From Gammaproteobacteria bacterium (GTDB taxonomy: Bacteria; Pseudomonadota; Gammaproteobacteria; Steroidobacterales; GCA-2729495), in the NCBI GenBank assembly GCA_023383705.1, contig JAHDYM010000005.1:2695-66694 (forward strand): a stretch of DNA of 64,000 bases, in the 5' to 3' direction. This document shows, one piece after another, positions 18,581 to 28,840 of this stretch (positions are counted from its first letter, which is position 1; each line of letters begins with the position of its first letter). Under the pieces are notes generated by a model. It saw nothing but the letters and a program-made list of their open reading frames with translations. It was not told the DNA's origin and did not search any database. The translations under genes were made by a program, and so were the position numbers.

Positions 18581-20632
18581 TCAGAACTGGTAGCGGATGG
18601 TGAACTGGATTTCGTCTTCGTTCCGGGCAGTACCCAGCGGGCCCGAGCGGAAGCGTCCCAGCGGCTCGAAACCCGACAGGCCCAGGCTGCTGTATGCAGT
18701 CAGGCAGGGCGTCGGGTCAGGCCCCAGGGCGATGTCCGGTGCGCAGGTGGCTGGCGGGAACGGGTTGGCGCTGCGGTTGTCATCTGCCTCGACGGCACCC
18801 TTGTGGTTGGCCCACTTCAGGTTGAGGCCGAGCTTGAACACCCAGTTGTTGTCGGGCTTGTATTCAACCGAGGGTGCAATGGCGCCGGCACCGGCCCGCG
18901 TGTCGTAGGCGGTGATGATCTGCGGGGTGAGCCGGTCGTTCATGTAGTTGCCCTGGATGAGCAGGGTCAGCAGGACGTTGTCTTCCCAGTCCTGGAAACC
19001 GATCCGTCCGGTATGCGGCCCGGGCGGCAGGTCGATGCCGGCCGAGTTCACCAGATAGGACTCATAGTCCATCAGGTGCTGGTAGAACATCTGGGCGGAA
19101 ATCAGGAAGGCCCGGTCCTTGTTCAGGAAGGGGATGAAGGTCGGCCGGTCGAAGCCGATCACGCCGCGGAACACATCCGACTCCGAGTAGAGGTTCGGCT
19201 TGCTGGTGTCGGCAAAGCCCTCGTCGGTGGTGTAGGAAGTTTCCACGCGGAACGAGGTGCGGGCGCGCTCCCAGTACCAGTCGGCCGAGCCACCGACCAT
19301 GAACAGGCGGGGGAATTCGACATCGAAGGCGATATCGTAGGGGTGCGGAACGTTTTCGACGCCCGGCGTGAAGGGATCATCGGTCGGGATTCCGCCGCGC
19401 AGTGTGGGGAACTGCGAGTAGAAGTACATCGCGTTCAGCGAGAAGCCGACACCCTTGTAGACGCCCTCGATGCGCCCGCCGAACTCGCTGTGGTCGGGTT
19501 CATTGACGTCGCGGATACCGATGGAGTGGCTGGGGAAATCAACAGCTACGCCGGTGGCCGGGAAATTACCCACCGTACAGCCGTTGTCCCAGCAGTTTGC
19601 CAGCGCGCGGAACAGGTTGCCGGCGCCGAGGATCGCATAGGGTTCGCCACCCTGGCCCAGGTCGTGCGGGCGGAAGGACTCGACCTTGTAGATCAGCTGG
19701 AAGTTGAGGTCTTCCAGCGACTTGGTGGCGCCCATCCGGTATTCGAGGTTGATCATCGCCTGCGGAATGCGTGAATCCTCGAACTCGGCGTAAAGGTTCT
19801 CGCGGGAGAAATCCATCGGGTTGACGATGTCGAGTACGCGGAACAGGTCGGTGCGTCCCCACACCACCTGCTGCCGGCCAAGGCGGATGGCGAGTTCGTC
19901 GTCGCCCGTGCCCATCGGGATGGTGCCGGCTACCCACAGTTCGCGGATGAAATCGAGGTCATCGTTGATTTCCTTGTAGCGCAGCTCGTCGCGGTCCTTG
20001 TCCATGTAGTCCTTCAGGCAGCCGCGGTTGTCCGTGTCGCAGGGCCGTACCGGAGTGGCCAGCATCACGCCGCCATCCTGGTAGGAATAGATGTCGCCGG
20101 CCGCAAACCGCAGGCCGTCGTTCGGATTGCCTGGCGAGTTGATCGTGCCGCCGGTGCCCGGCAGGGGAATGGCGCCATCTGCGCCGGTCCCATCCGGTCC
20201 GAAGGTGCCCGCATAGACGAGATTGGTCGGCGGAGTGAACGGCGGTGCGAACCCGTTTATATAGCTGAAGAAGGCGGGGTTGCCCGGGGCGGAGTAGCTC
20301 AGCGGGCCGCCGGCTTTCCGGCCGTATTCGTCATCGTTCATGTCGTAGACCGCGTCGTAGCTGAGGCGGAAGGTGGCGCCCACCGACAGGTCCGAAAAGA
20401 TTCCGCGCGGCTGGGCCTGCTTGAAGAGTTCCAGCTGTCCCTGCAGGCGTTGCTTGGTCAGCCCGACCTCATCGCGCACGTTCGTCATGTTGTCGACGAA
20501 GCCGCGTACTTCGAGCGAGCCGTCTGCGGAATTCCACACGGCATATGCCGGTGTGCTCAATCCGATGCATAAAGCCAGGCCAAGCAGGATGCTGCAATGG
20601 CTGGCCGCAAGCGGAATGCGAATGAGTCTCAT
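18581..20632 (-). CDS. DUF1302-family outer-membrane protein
   Basis: Start trimmed to MRLIRIPLAASH (CAT at 20630-20632). It has a signal peptide ending AYA. It is beta-rich and ends ...FTIRYQF, an OM beta-barrel terminal Phe. Confidence 0.7.
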   Translation of the reverse strand: MRLIRIPLAASHCSILLGLALCIGLSTPAYAVWNSADGSLEVRGFVDNMTNVRDEVGLTKQRLQGQLELFKQAQPRGIFSDLSVGATFRLSYDAVYDMNDDEYGRKAGGPLSYSAPGNPAFFSYINGFAPPFTPPTNLVYAGTFGPDGTGADGAIPLPGTGGTINSPGNPNDGLRFAAGDIYSYQDGGVMLATPVRPCDTDNRGCLKDYMDKDRDELRYKEINDDLDFIRELWVAGTIPMGTGDDELAIRLGRQQVVWGRTDLFRVLDIVNPMDFSRENLYAEFEDSRIPQAMINLEYRMGATKSLEDLNFQLIYKVESFRPHDLGQGGEPYAILGAGNLFRALANCWDNGCTVGNFPATGVAVDFPSHSIGIRDVNEPDHSEFGGRIEGVYKGVGFSLNAMYFYSQFPTLRGGIPTDDPFTPGVENVPHPYDIAFDVEFPRLFMVGGSADWYWERARTSFRVETSYTTDEGFADTSKPNLYSESDVFRGVIGFDRPTFIPFLNKDRAFLISAQMFYQHLMDYESYLVNSAGIDLPPGPHTGRIGFQDWEDNVLLTLLIQGNYMNDRLTPQIITAYDTRAGAGAIAPSVEYKPDNNWVFKLGLNLKWANHKGAVEADDNRSANPFPPATCAPDIALGPDPTPCLTAYSSLGLSGFEPLGRFRSGPLGTARNEDEIQFTIRYQF

Positions 20633-20919
20633 GGTAACTTCCCCCTGGATTGCACTGGCAGTCGGTTGAACCCTGGAACGGGTGCGGGGTGCCTGACATG
20701 ATGCAGCCTCCCCCGAAGCCAGTCGCCAGCAGCTCGATGCTTCTTCTGCCATGCGCGATAAAGCCCGTCAATGGCCGCCGGGCTGTCACGACTGATTCGT
20801 ATGTATCGGCGCCGAAATTGAACGACCAACTCGCCAGCTTTCGAACAGAATCATTCCATCCTTGCGTCGGTCGCACCTGGCGTGCGCGGCTGTGGGCAGA
20901 ACAGAAATAAGGGGGGCGC

Positions 20920-21870
20920 TTGAAAATTTCCGGCTTTCAACCTGCGGTATTCATGCTTGCTGCTGCCGGTCTGCTGGCAGGCTGCGAGTCGCCGCTCAAT
21001 CTCAAGGGCGTAGAGGCATCGGAGTCATTGGCGATACGCCGTGGCGACCTGTTCCAGGATGCAGCCTCCACCGACCAGGCACTGGTGGTGGTCGGCAATC
21101 ACGGCCTGGTATTGCGCTCCGTGGACAACGGCAGCACCTGGAGCCGGCAGGAACTGCCCGGCTGGCCCTCGCTGATCGATATCGCGGCCTGTCCGAACGG
21201 CCAGTTTGCGGCGCTGGCAACCGAAGGCGAGGTGCTGGTGTCGGCCGATGGCGGACAGAGCTGGCGCTCGAACCCGATCCAGACGGAAGAATCACCGCAG
21301 GGCATCACCTGCGATCCGCAGAACCGCCTGTGGGTGGTCGGCAGTTTCACCACCATCATCGTCAGCGACGATGCCGGCCAGAACTGGGAAGACCACTCCA
21401 TCGGCGATGACATGATCCTGACCACGATCCAGTTCATCGATGCGCAGCACGCGATGATCTTCGGCGAGTACGGTTTCAGCGTGCACAGTGCGGATGGCGG
21501 CGAAACATGGACGCCGGGCACGCCATTGCCAAACGAGTTTTATCCGCAGGATGCCTGGTTCCGCGATCTGCAGACCGGCTGGGTCGCCGGTCTTGCCGGC
21601 CAGATCCTGCATACCGCCGATGGCGGCCAGACCTGGGCACTGCAGCCCACCTCGACACTGGTGCCGATCTACAGCCTCGCCGGCATCGGCAACGAAGTCT
21701 ATGCCGCTGGCGGTGAAGGTACCGTGCTCAAGCTCGACGGTGACAGCTGGCAGCGTGTGGACCACGGTCAGCCTGTCCGGCTGTTACTGCGCGTCGTGCA
21801 TGCCGCAGGCAATGATCGCCTGCTGATCGGTGGCGCAGCCGGTGCCCTGTACGCCGTGCCGAGGAGCTGA
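20920..21870 (+). CDS. BNR/Ycf48-like beta-propeller lipoprotein
   Basis: TTG start preceded by AAGGGGGG. It has the lipobox LLAGC. Repeated S.D.G.TW / ADGGQSW / DDAGQNW / ADGGETW / ADGGQTW units are BNR-type. Confidence 0.75.
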   Translation: MKISGFQPAVFMLAAAGLLAGCESPLNLKGVEASESLAIRRGDLFQDAASTDQALVVVGNHGLVLRSVDNGSTWSRQELPGWPSLIDIAACPNGQFAALATEGEVLVSADGGQSWRSNPIQTEESPQGITCDPQNRLWVVGSFTTIIVSDDAGQNWEDHSIGDDMILTTIQFIDAQHAMIFGEYGFSVHSADGGETWTPGTPLPNEFYPQDAWFRDLQTGWVAGLAGQILHTADGGQTWALQPTSTLVPIYSLAGIGNEVYAAGGEGTVLKLDGDSWQRVDHGQPVRLLLRVVHAAGNDRLLIGGAAGALYAVPRS

Positions 21871-21871
21871 C

Positions 21872-24226
21872 ATGAACGAGAACCTGGGTTTTTTCCCGCG
21901 CTTTGGCAACCTGCTGTTCGATCACCGCAAGCTGGTGCTCCTCGGTGTCATGCTGATCACGGCATGGTTTGCCTGGCACATCCCGGCCGTGCGCATGCTG
22001 TCGGACTTTGCCGACCTGCTGCCGCAGCAGCATCCCTACATCAAGCTCCACAACAGCATCCGCGACACTTTCGGCGGGGCCAACATCATCACCATGGCCG
22101 TGGAAGTGGAGGAGGGCACGGTATTCACCAACGAGACGCTGGCGCGCATCCATCGCATCACGGAGGGCATGGACAAGCTCACCAGCATCAACCACAACCT
22201 GGTGACCAGCCTCACCCACCGCAACACACGCAAGATCTCGCTGACGCCGGACGGCAACATCCGTTCAGTGACCTACTACGACCCGCAGTACGGCGATTAC
22301 TCGCCGGAAGAGCTGGCCGGGATGCAGCGCGATGTGGTGGCGAGCCCGCGCGTGTTCGGCCTGCTCGTTTCGCCAGACCTCAAGGCGGCAATCATCAAGG
22401 GCACGCTCAACGAGGGCGCGCTCGACTACGGCAAGATCTTCGAGGAGCTGCAGGCGATCCGTACCGCGGAGGCGGCCCCCGGCGTGCGCATATACGCCAC
22501 CGGCAATCCCGTGCTGGTCGGCTGGGTGGATTCCTACAGCGCGCAGATCCTGCAGATCTTCCTCTACACCGTGTTCATCGTGCTGGTGATCCTGATCGTC
22601 TACACGCGGCGGCTGTACGGCATCCTGCTGCCACTGGCCGGCATGGCGCTCACCAGTATCTGGGGCGTGGGCTTCATGGGCGTGCTGGGCTACAACCTCG
22701 ATCCACTGATGCTGGTGGTGCCCTTCCTGATCTCCGCGCGCGCCCTCTCGCACGGCATCCAGAAGGTGGAGCGCTACTTCCTCGAGCTCGCGCGCACCGA
22801 TGACAAGCAGATCGCGGCCCGCAATACCTTCAATGCGCTGTTCCGGCCGGGTGCGCTGGCCATCGTCGCCGATGCGGCGGCGCTGTTCCTGATCGGCCTC
22901 GGCTCCGTGCCGATCAACGACAAGATGGCCATCTATGCCTCGTTCTGGGCGGTGAGCATGCTGGTGACCGTGCTCGTGACCCTGCCCATGCTGCTGGCGA
23001 TCCTGCCCAAGCCCAAGAACATTGCCGCCAAGCAGACTTTCATCCGCGATGCCTTCCCCAAGCTGGCACTGGTGGTCGGCACGCCGGCGCGTGCCAGGGC
23101 GGTGCTGTGGGTGACCCTGTGCATCGTGCTGGTCGCGACCTGGCTGAGTTTCAAGGTCCAGATCGGCGAACCGGAGGCGGGGTCACCGCTGCTCTATCGC
23201 GATCACGACTTCAACGTGTCATCCAAGGCGATCAATGACCGCTTCCCGGGTTCCGAGGAACTGTTCATCATCGCGCGCACCGAGGAAAAAGGCGGTCTCA
23301 AGCGTCCCGAGGTGATCAAGGCCCTGGCCGATTTCCAGAACTACATGCTGCTCGATCCCACCATGGGCGGCGCGAAGGGGCTCAACAACCTGGTGATGCA
23401 GGTCAACCAGATGACCCGCAACGACGACCCGCGCTGGGCAGTGGTGCCCAACCGCGCGAGCGATGTCGGTGGCCTGATGTTCATGTACATGATGTCGGCG
23501 CCGGTTCCCGGTGCCTTGCTCGAGTACCTGGACACCGACGAGCAGGTTGCCAACATGGTCTTCTACTACAAGGACCACACCGGCGAGACCATCCGTCGTG
23601 CGATCCACATGGTCAAGCAATGGCGTGACGAAGTCGGCAGCAAGGTGCCGGGCCTGAACATCGAGCTGGCCGGGGGCCCGGTTGGCGTCACGGCGGCGAT
23701 CAACGAGGAAGCCTTCGAGACCAACGTGATCGTCGTGCCGGCGGTGCTGCTGCTGATCCTGATGTTCACCTTCTGGTTCTATGGCTCCCTGCATTCCGGG
23801 GTGATGATGCTGGTCTCGATGGGTTTTGCGACCACGCTGACCTACGCCTGCATGGGCCTGCTCGACATGGGGCTGAACGTGAACACGGTGCCGATGATCG
23901 CGGTGGGCATCGGCCTCGGCGTGGACTACGCCATCTACATGATGGACCGCATCAAGGAAGAGATGCATGGTGCAACCGAGCTGCAGGAGGCGGTGAAGCG
24001 CGCGGTCAGCACCACCGGTGTCGCGATCGCCTTCACGGCAACCACGCTGATCGGCGGCATCATCATGTGGGTGTTCATCTCCGACCTGCGCTTCCAGGCG
24101 GACTCCGCGCGCCTGCTGATCATCATGCTGGTCCTGAACGCCTGCTCCGCGATGTTCCTGGTGCCCGCCTGGGCCGAGATCTTCAAGCCGAAGTTCATCA
24201 TGGAGGCGGGACGGGAGCCGAGGTGA
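21872..24226 (+). CDS. RND-superfamily transporter (HAE3/MMPL-like, 12-TM)
   Basis: Start at ATG 21872, 1 nt after the preceding stop. About 784 aa, with two 6-TM bundles (sterol-sensing-like) separated by soluble loops. Confidence 0.8.
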   Translation: MNENLGFFPRFGNLLFDHRKLVLLGVMLITAWFAWHIPAVRMLSDFADLLPQQHPYIKLHNSIRDTFGGANIITMAVEVEEGTVFTNETLARIHRITEGMDKLTSINHNLVTSLTHRNTRKISLTPDGNIRSVTYYDPQYGDYSPEELAGMQRDVVASPRVFGLLVSPDLKAAIIKGTLNEGALDYGKIFEELQAIRTAEAAPGVRIYATGNPVLVGWVDSYSAQILQIFLYTVFIVLVILIVYTRRLYGILLPLAGMALTSIWGVGFMGVLGYNLDPLMLVVPFLISARALSHGIQKVERYFLELARTDDKQIAARNTFNALFRPGALAIVADAAALFLIGLGSVPINDKMAIYASFWAVSMLVTVLVTLPMLLAILPKPKNIAAKQTFIRDAFPKLALVVGTPARARAVLWVTLCIVLVATWLSFKVQIGEPEAGSPLLYRDHDFNVSSKAINDRFPGSEELFIIARTEEKGGLKRPEVIKALADFQNYMLLDPTMGGAKGLNNLVMQVNQMTRNDDPRWAVVPNRASDVGGLMFMYMMSAPVPGALLEYLDTDEQVANMVFYYKDHTGETIRRAIHMVKQWRDEVGSKVPGLNIELAGGPVGVTAAINEEAFETNVIVVPAVLLLILMFTFWFYGSLHSGVMMLVSMGFATTLTYACMGLLDMGLNVNTVPMIAVGIGLGVDYAIYMMDRIKEEMHGATELQEAVKRAVSTTGVAIAFTATTLIGGIIMWVFISDLRFQADSARLLIIMLVLNACSAMFLVPAWAEIFKPKFIMEAGREPR

Positions 24227-24236
24227 GGCGGCTCTC

Positions 24237-25748
24237 CTAAAGCAGGTACTCCACGTCCAGAAACGCGACGTAGTCTTCCTCGCTGGCCTGGTCGCGGAAG
24301 CTCGAGTGGCTGGCGCTGCCGCCGAGGCCAAGCTTCCAGCGACCGAAGATGCGCTGGTACTTGCCCGACAGCATCAGCAGGTCCTCGGCGATCTCCGTCA
24401 CCGTGTTGCCGTTCGGCTCGCCGGGGTATGCGTCGCTGTTGTCATTGTTGAGTTCGGCATAACGCAGCGACCACTGCCAGCTGACGTCGTTCCGCATCTG
24501 GGAGATCATGCCGAAGACCACGGAAGTGGCATCGTTGTCGTAGAGATTGCCGATCGCACGGCCCTCGTAGCGCATGCCGGTCCTGTAGATGTGGTGCTCG
24601 TAGTAGCAGTCGCCGATGCCCGGTGGCCGGCCACTGCAGTCGGTGAAGCTGTCGGTGTATTCGACATACATCAGCACCGGTGTGTCGAACAGGCTGACCG
24701 TGGTGTCGATGCCGCCCGAGGGCTGGGCCTTGGTCCAGAACTTGGTGCTGCTGTCGCTGCCGTCCTCGGCGAACGACTGGTAGTAGAGGCCGAACTCGTG
24801 CCCGGCGATGGGCACGGACAGGCGCAGGTCGTAGCCGGCCTCCTGGTTGCCGGGTTCGTCATTCCCGTCAGGACCGCAGTCCAGGCCGTCGTTGCCGCAG
24901 TTGTCACGACCGAGCAGCACATCCCAGAAGGTGCTGAAGCCGCTCGGCCGGCCGTCACCCGCCCATTGCGCGAGTCGGGTGACGCCGACCTCCAGGCGCG
25001 GATGTGCCTTGAAATTGAGCCGGAAGCCCCACAGCAGCGTGTTGTCTATGGTCCGGTTGGTGCCCATGTCGGCCATGAAGGTGGTGACCGTCCAAGGGAT
25101 CCGGTAATCCGCCGTGAACGGCAGCCTGAAAGGCCGGGAATCGCGGCGCGTGATGGCCAGTGCAGGCATCGGCCGCGCATTGCTGCTCAGGGCCAGGTTG
25201 GTGTCCCAGCCCGGTGCCCACCAGCGATCCTGGAGTCCGGCGCTCAGCACCCAGTTGCCCAGCGTGCCGGCCAGGTAGCTTTCATCGAGACGGAATTCCT
25301 CGTCGTCATCCGGGTCGGCGACCCAGGCTGGCTTGAGCTTGAGTGCCCAGCGGTCGCCCAGCGTGCTGTAGCTCAGCGCCACCGTGTTCTTGTCGCGGTA
25401 TTGGTCACCGAAGCCGGCGAAGCGGTTGTCGTCGTTCGCCACGGTAATGCTTGCCGAGCCGACCGGCCGTTGCGAGAAATCGAGGTGACGCATGACGTCC
25501 TGCCAGGCATTCAGGGCTGGCGCGTCGAGCTTGCCTGCATCGACCGCGCGCAGATCGCCCTCGATGGCCGCCCACATCAGCGGCCAGGTATTGACCGGTG
25601 CCCTGATCAGTCCCCGGTCAGCGAGGTAGCGGATTTCCGCGCGCAACGCGAGGTTCGAGGTATCGATCCAGGGCTCGGCACCGGCAACTGTGGCGATGCC
25701 GAGCAGGGCGAGGGCGGGCAGAAGGGTGTTCGGACGACAAGGGCTCAT
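24237..25748 (-). CDS. wzi: capsule assembly protein Wzi family outer-membrane protein
   Basis: Start trimmed to MSPCRPNTLL (CAT at 25746-25748). It has a signal peptide. LRAEIRYLADRGLI...NTWPLMW is the Wzi N-terminal signature. The C-terminus ends in a beta-barrel-type segment, LDVEYLL. Confidence 0.75.
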   Translation of the reverse strand: MSPCRPNTLLPALALLGIATVAGAEPWIDTSNLALRAEIRYLADRGLIRAPVNTWPLMWAAIEGDLRAVDAGKLDAPALNAWQDVMRHLDFSQRPVGSASITVANDDNRFAGFGDQYRDKNTVALSYSTLGDRWALKLKPAWVADPDDDEEFRLDESYLAGTLGNWVLSAGLQDRWWAPGWDTNLALSSNARPMPALAITRRDSRPFRLPFTADYRIPWTVTTFMADMGTNRTIDNTLLWGFRLNFKAHPRLEVGVTRLAQWAGDGRPSGFSTFWDVLLGRDNCGNDGLDCGPDGNDEPGNQEAGYDLRLSVPIAGHEFGLYYQSFAEDGSDSSTKFWTKAQPSGGIDTTVSLFDTPVLMYVEYTDSFTDCSGRPPGIGDCYYEHHIYRTGMRYEGRAIGNLYDNDATSVVFGMISQMRNDVSWQWSLRYAELNNDNSDAYPGEPNGNTVTEIAEDLLMLSGKYQRIFGRWKLGLGGSASHSSFRDQASEEDYVAFLDVEYLL

Positions 25749-26839
25749 GTGGGCAGTTTCTCTTGCAGGACTTTTTCGAGTATCCGTGGCTCGGCGATCC
25801 ACGACCGTACGGTTTGCAGGTAAAGGGCATCGCTGGCGCTCTCCGCGCACAGGCGGATCCGCCGGCAATATCGCTCGAAGCCCATGCCGGCGGTAGAGAA
25901 TACCGAAACGACGGTCAGCGGCTCGCTGTTTCCCGGCAGCATGGCTTCCAGCGGCAGCTTGCCCGGCACGCGGATCACGCGGTCGCCGAGGAAGGCGTAG
26001 TCGCCGGCATCTTCCGCGGGATGATTCTTGAGCACCACCGGCCTGCCGAGCGTCTGCAGGTGGCTGACGATGCGGTCATACACCCGCTGCTTGTCCGCCA
26101 GGTTGACACCCGGGATGCGAAACGGCTGGGTGGCGAGGATGACCTGCCCGGCATGCCGGGGGATGACCGCCATACCGCTGAATATCCGGTCCATCAGCGC
26201 GCGTGCGGATTCATGCTCCAGAAAATCGATGCGCCGGCCCTTGTCGCGTATCCGTTCCGGCAGCCGCTCGGGGTTCAGGGCATGAATGGCCTCGCAGGAA
26301 GCTTCCTCCCCCATCACCCTGCTGCCCGGCGGAAGTCCGTGCAACAGCCGGCCCGGCCATTTCCACCAGGCGCAAAGCTGCAGCCGGTAGTTTGATTCGC
26401 CATCCTCGATCAATGAAAACCGCGTGATCAGCAGCCTGAGCAGGCGTGACATCCGGTTGCGCTCGTTGAAGAGCCACAGTTGCGGCTGATGGCCACTCGT
26501 TCGTGCCACATCCAGAGCGGCCAGGAGCTGTGGCGCCTGCTCAGCCAGCAGTATCCGCAGTGGCGGGAGCAGGGCTTCGGGTGCCTGCCAGTTGCGCATG
26601 GCAAAGGAGTAACACAGTCTGCCGCGGACGGTATCGTCCATGTACTGGCGGACGCTGCAGCGGCTCATCTCGCGCACGACGATGTTCGCCGGCAGCGAGC
26701 CGAGATTCCAGTCTGCAAGGGAGGCGTGCTGATAGTCGGCAAAAAACAGGATGTGGTGCAGCTCCGTCCTGTGACGGTCGGCCCGCAGCAGTGCGAACAG
26801 CAGATGCCGCACGGTCGAGCAGACATAGATGTTCAGCAT
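25745..26839 (-). CDS. putative glycosyltransferase (GT52-like layout)
   Basis: Start trimmed to MLNIYVCSTVRHLLFAL (CAT at 26837-26839). IEDGESNY, ILATQPF and LKNHPAED resemble the DDGxxN / short-loop / HP blocks of GT52 enzymes. This is a weak by-eye match only. Confidence 0.4.
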   Translation of the reverse strand: MLNIYVCSTVRHLLFALLRADRHRTELHHILFFADYQHASLADWNLGSLPANIVVREMSRCSVRQYMDDTVRGRLCYSFAMRNWQAPEALLPPLRILLAEQAPQLLAALDVARTSGHQPQLWLFNERNRMSRLLRLLITRFSLIEDGESNYRLQLCAWWKWPGRLLHGLPPGSRVMGEEASCEAIHALNPERLPERIRDKGRRIDFLEHESARALMDRIFSGMAVIPRHAGQVILATQPFRIPGVNLADKQRVYDRIVSHLQTLGRPVVLKNHPAEDAGDYAFLGDRVIRVPGKLPLEAMLPGNSEPLTVVSVFSTAGMGFERYCRRIRLCAESASDALYLQTVRSWIAEPRILEKVLQEKLPT

Positions 26840-26923
26840 TCTTCGGTTACCGCATGCAAGTCCGGAGCCACTGACGCACAATGTACTGCAGTGCGAGGCC
26901 TGAACACAGGGAGTCCTGGATCC

Positions 26924-28036
26924 GTGCCTGAGGGGAAAATCAGAATACTGGTGATTGCCGACTACCTCGGTCGCAAGAATCTCAATCCGGTCCGGCCGGA
27001 GGCGGCACAGCTGGTCGGCGCGCAGGCTTCCGGCGAAGTGGACATCACGGTGATGTGCAGCCCGGAGTCCATCCTCGTGGACTACTACCGCAGGCTCGGC
27101 CTCCGGGTCATACCGCACAAGATCCGCAGCAAGCTATCGCTGGAGTCGATCCGCTTCATCCGCAGGCTGGTCCGTGAGCAGGGTTTCCAGATCCTGCACC
27201 TCTTCAACAGCCGTGCCATCAGCAACGGCGTGCTGGCGGCCATGGGACTGCCCGTCAAGGTGCTGGTCTATCGCGGCCAGCCGGGCAGCCTGCGGCGCTA
27301 CGACCCCATCAGTTACCTGAACTGCCTCAATCCGCGCATCGACCGGATCATCTGCGTGTCGGAGGCGGTGAAGACCTATCTGGAGAAACAGCTCTGGTGG
27401 GGGACCGACAAGCTGGTCACGGTGTACAAGGGGCACGATCTGGCCTGGTACCAGCAGCCGGCGGCCGACCTCGGCGCGCTGAACCTGCCGCCGGGGGCTT
27501 TCAAGCTGGCGATGGTGGCCAACCTGCGCGCGCACAAGGGCCTGCATGTGCTGATCGCGGCCACGCATTACCTGCCTGCCGAGGCGCCGATCCACATCCT
27601 GCTGGTCGGGCCGAAACCCGATGACCCTGCGGTGCGCGAGCTGGTCGGCAAGGCGGCACATCCGGAGCGGATCCATGTACTCGGCTACCGTGATGATGCC
27701 CCCGAGGTCGCCGCAGCCTGCGACATCATCGTGTTGCCGACCACCAAGCGCGAAGGCCTGGCGCGGGCCGTGGTCGAGGCGATGGCCTATGGCCGGCCGG
27801 CCGTCATATCCGACAGCGGCGGCAATGCCGAGCTGGTGGCCGACGGGGAGTCCGGTTTCGTCGTGCCGGTCAATGACCCGAAGGCGCTGGCCGAGGGCAT
27901 CGTCAAGCTGTGGGCAGATCCCGCGCTGCGCGCGCGATTCGGCGCCGAGGCACGGCGCCGGATCCGCGATATCTTCAACGTGGAGCAGGGCACGGCAAAG
28001 ACCCTGCAGGTCTATCGGGAGCTTGCCGGCCGCTGA
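26924..28036 (+). CDS. glycosyltransferase family 4 (GT-B, RfaG-like)
   Basis: GTG 26924 chosen as start, with GGGAG upstream. The C-terminal part is PTTKREGLARAVVEAMAYGRPAVISDSGGNAELV..GESGFVV, the EX7E-type motif. Confidence 0.8.
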   Translation: MPEGKIRILVIADYLGRKNLNPVRPEAAQLVGAQASGEVDITVMCSPESILVDYYRRLGLRVIPHKIRSKLSLESIRFIRRLVREQGFQILHLFNSRAISNGVLAAMGLPVKVLVYRGQPGSLRRYDPISYLNCLNPRIDRIICVSEAVKTYLEKQLWWGTDKLVTVYKGHDLAWYQQPAADLGALNLPPGAFKLAMVANLRAHKGLHVLIAATHYLPAEAPIHILLVGPKPDDPAVRELVGKAAHPERIHVLGYRDDAPEVAAACDIIVLPTTKREGLARAVVEAMAYGRPAVISDSGGNAELVADGESGFVVPVNDPKALAEGIVKLWADPALRARFGAEARRRIRDIFNVEQGTAKTLQVYRELAGR

Positions 28037-28042
28037 GTGCGG

Positions 28043-28822
28043 TCAGCGGCCGGCTTTCCTGTCGCCGCTCTGTTCCAGGTACCACAGCCCCGCATAGCGG
28101 TTGAATGCAGCCTGGGCGAACATCACCGCCATCATCAGTCCGCGCTGGCCGTCCAGGAAGCCGAGCCTGAGCACATAGATCAGGAAGAAGGTCCACACCG
28201 CGCGCACGACCGCAAAGGGGATGCCGTAGCTGCGTTTTTTCTGCGCGTAGTACCTGCGGCTGGTCTCCCAGGCGTAGCTGCGGTTCTTCTCCAGCAGGTG
28301 ATCGAAGCCCCTGAGCGAGTTGTGCATCAGGTAGCCCTTGCGGACCGTGGACATCTTGCCTTCGGTCACGATGTGCCCGTGCACCACCACCGGCGTGATG
28401 TGGGCGCCTTCGCGCCTGAACAGTCGCTTGGGTGCCCGCGCGGAACGACCATGCTTCAGCTGCTTGCCGAGGATCACATTGCCCCAGGGCAGCTTGAAGG
28501 CGACCTCCTCGATCTGCGGCCTGGACAGGATGGCCCGGATCGAGGCCTTCATCTCCGCATCCAGCCATTCGTCGGCGTCGATGATGAGCACCCAGTCGCA
28601 AGTGGCCTTGTCGAGTGCGCGCTGCTTCTGGAAGCCGTCGCCGGGCCAGTCTTCGGTGATCCAGACCTTGTCGGTGTATTCGCGGACGATGGCCACGGTG
28701 TCATCGGTGCTCCCCGAATCGAACACGATGATCTCGTCGGCGATGTTCTTCAGGGATTCCAGGCAGGGCCGGATGCGGTCCTGCTCGTTCATGCAGACGA
28801 TGATGGCCGACAGTGAATGCAT
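28043..28822 (-). CDS. glycosyltransferase family 2 (LPS core-type)
   Basis: 259 aa. LSAIIVCMNEQDRI...FDSGSTDDT...IIDADE is the GT-A DxD architecture. Confidence 0.85.
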   Translation of the reverse strand: MHSLSAIIVCMNEQDRIRPCLESLKNIADEIIVFDSGSTDDTVAIVREYTDKVWITEDWPGDGFQKQRALDKATCDWVLIIDADEWLDAEMKASIRAILSRPQIEEVAFKLPWGNVILGKQLKHGRSARAPKRLFRREGAHITPVVVHGHIVTEGKMSTVRKGYLMHNSLRGFDHLLEKNRSYAWETSRRYYAQKKRSYGIPFAVVRAVWTFFLIYVLRLGFLDGQRGLMMAVMFAQAAFNRYAGLWYLEQSGDRKAGR

Positions 28823-28840
28823 GGTCGCTCCCGTGTGTCC

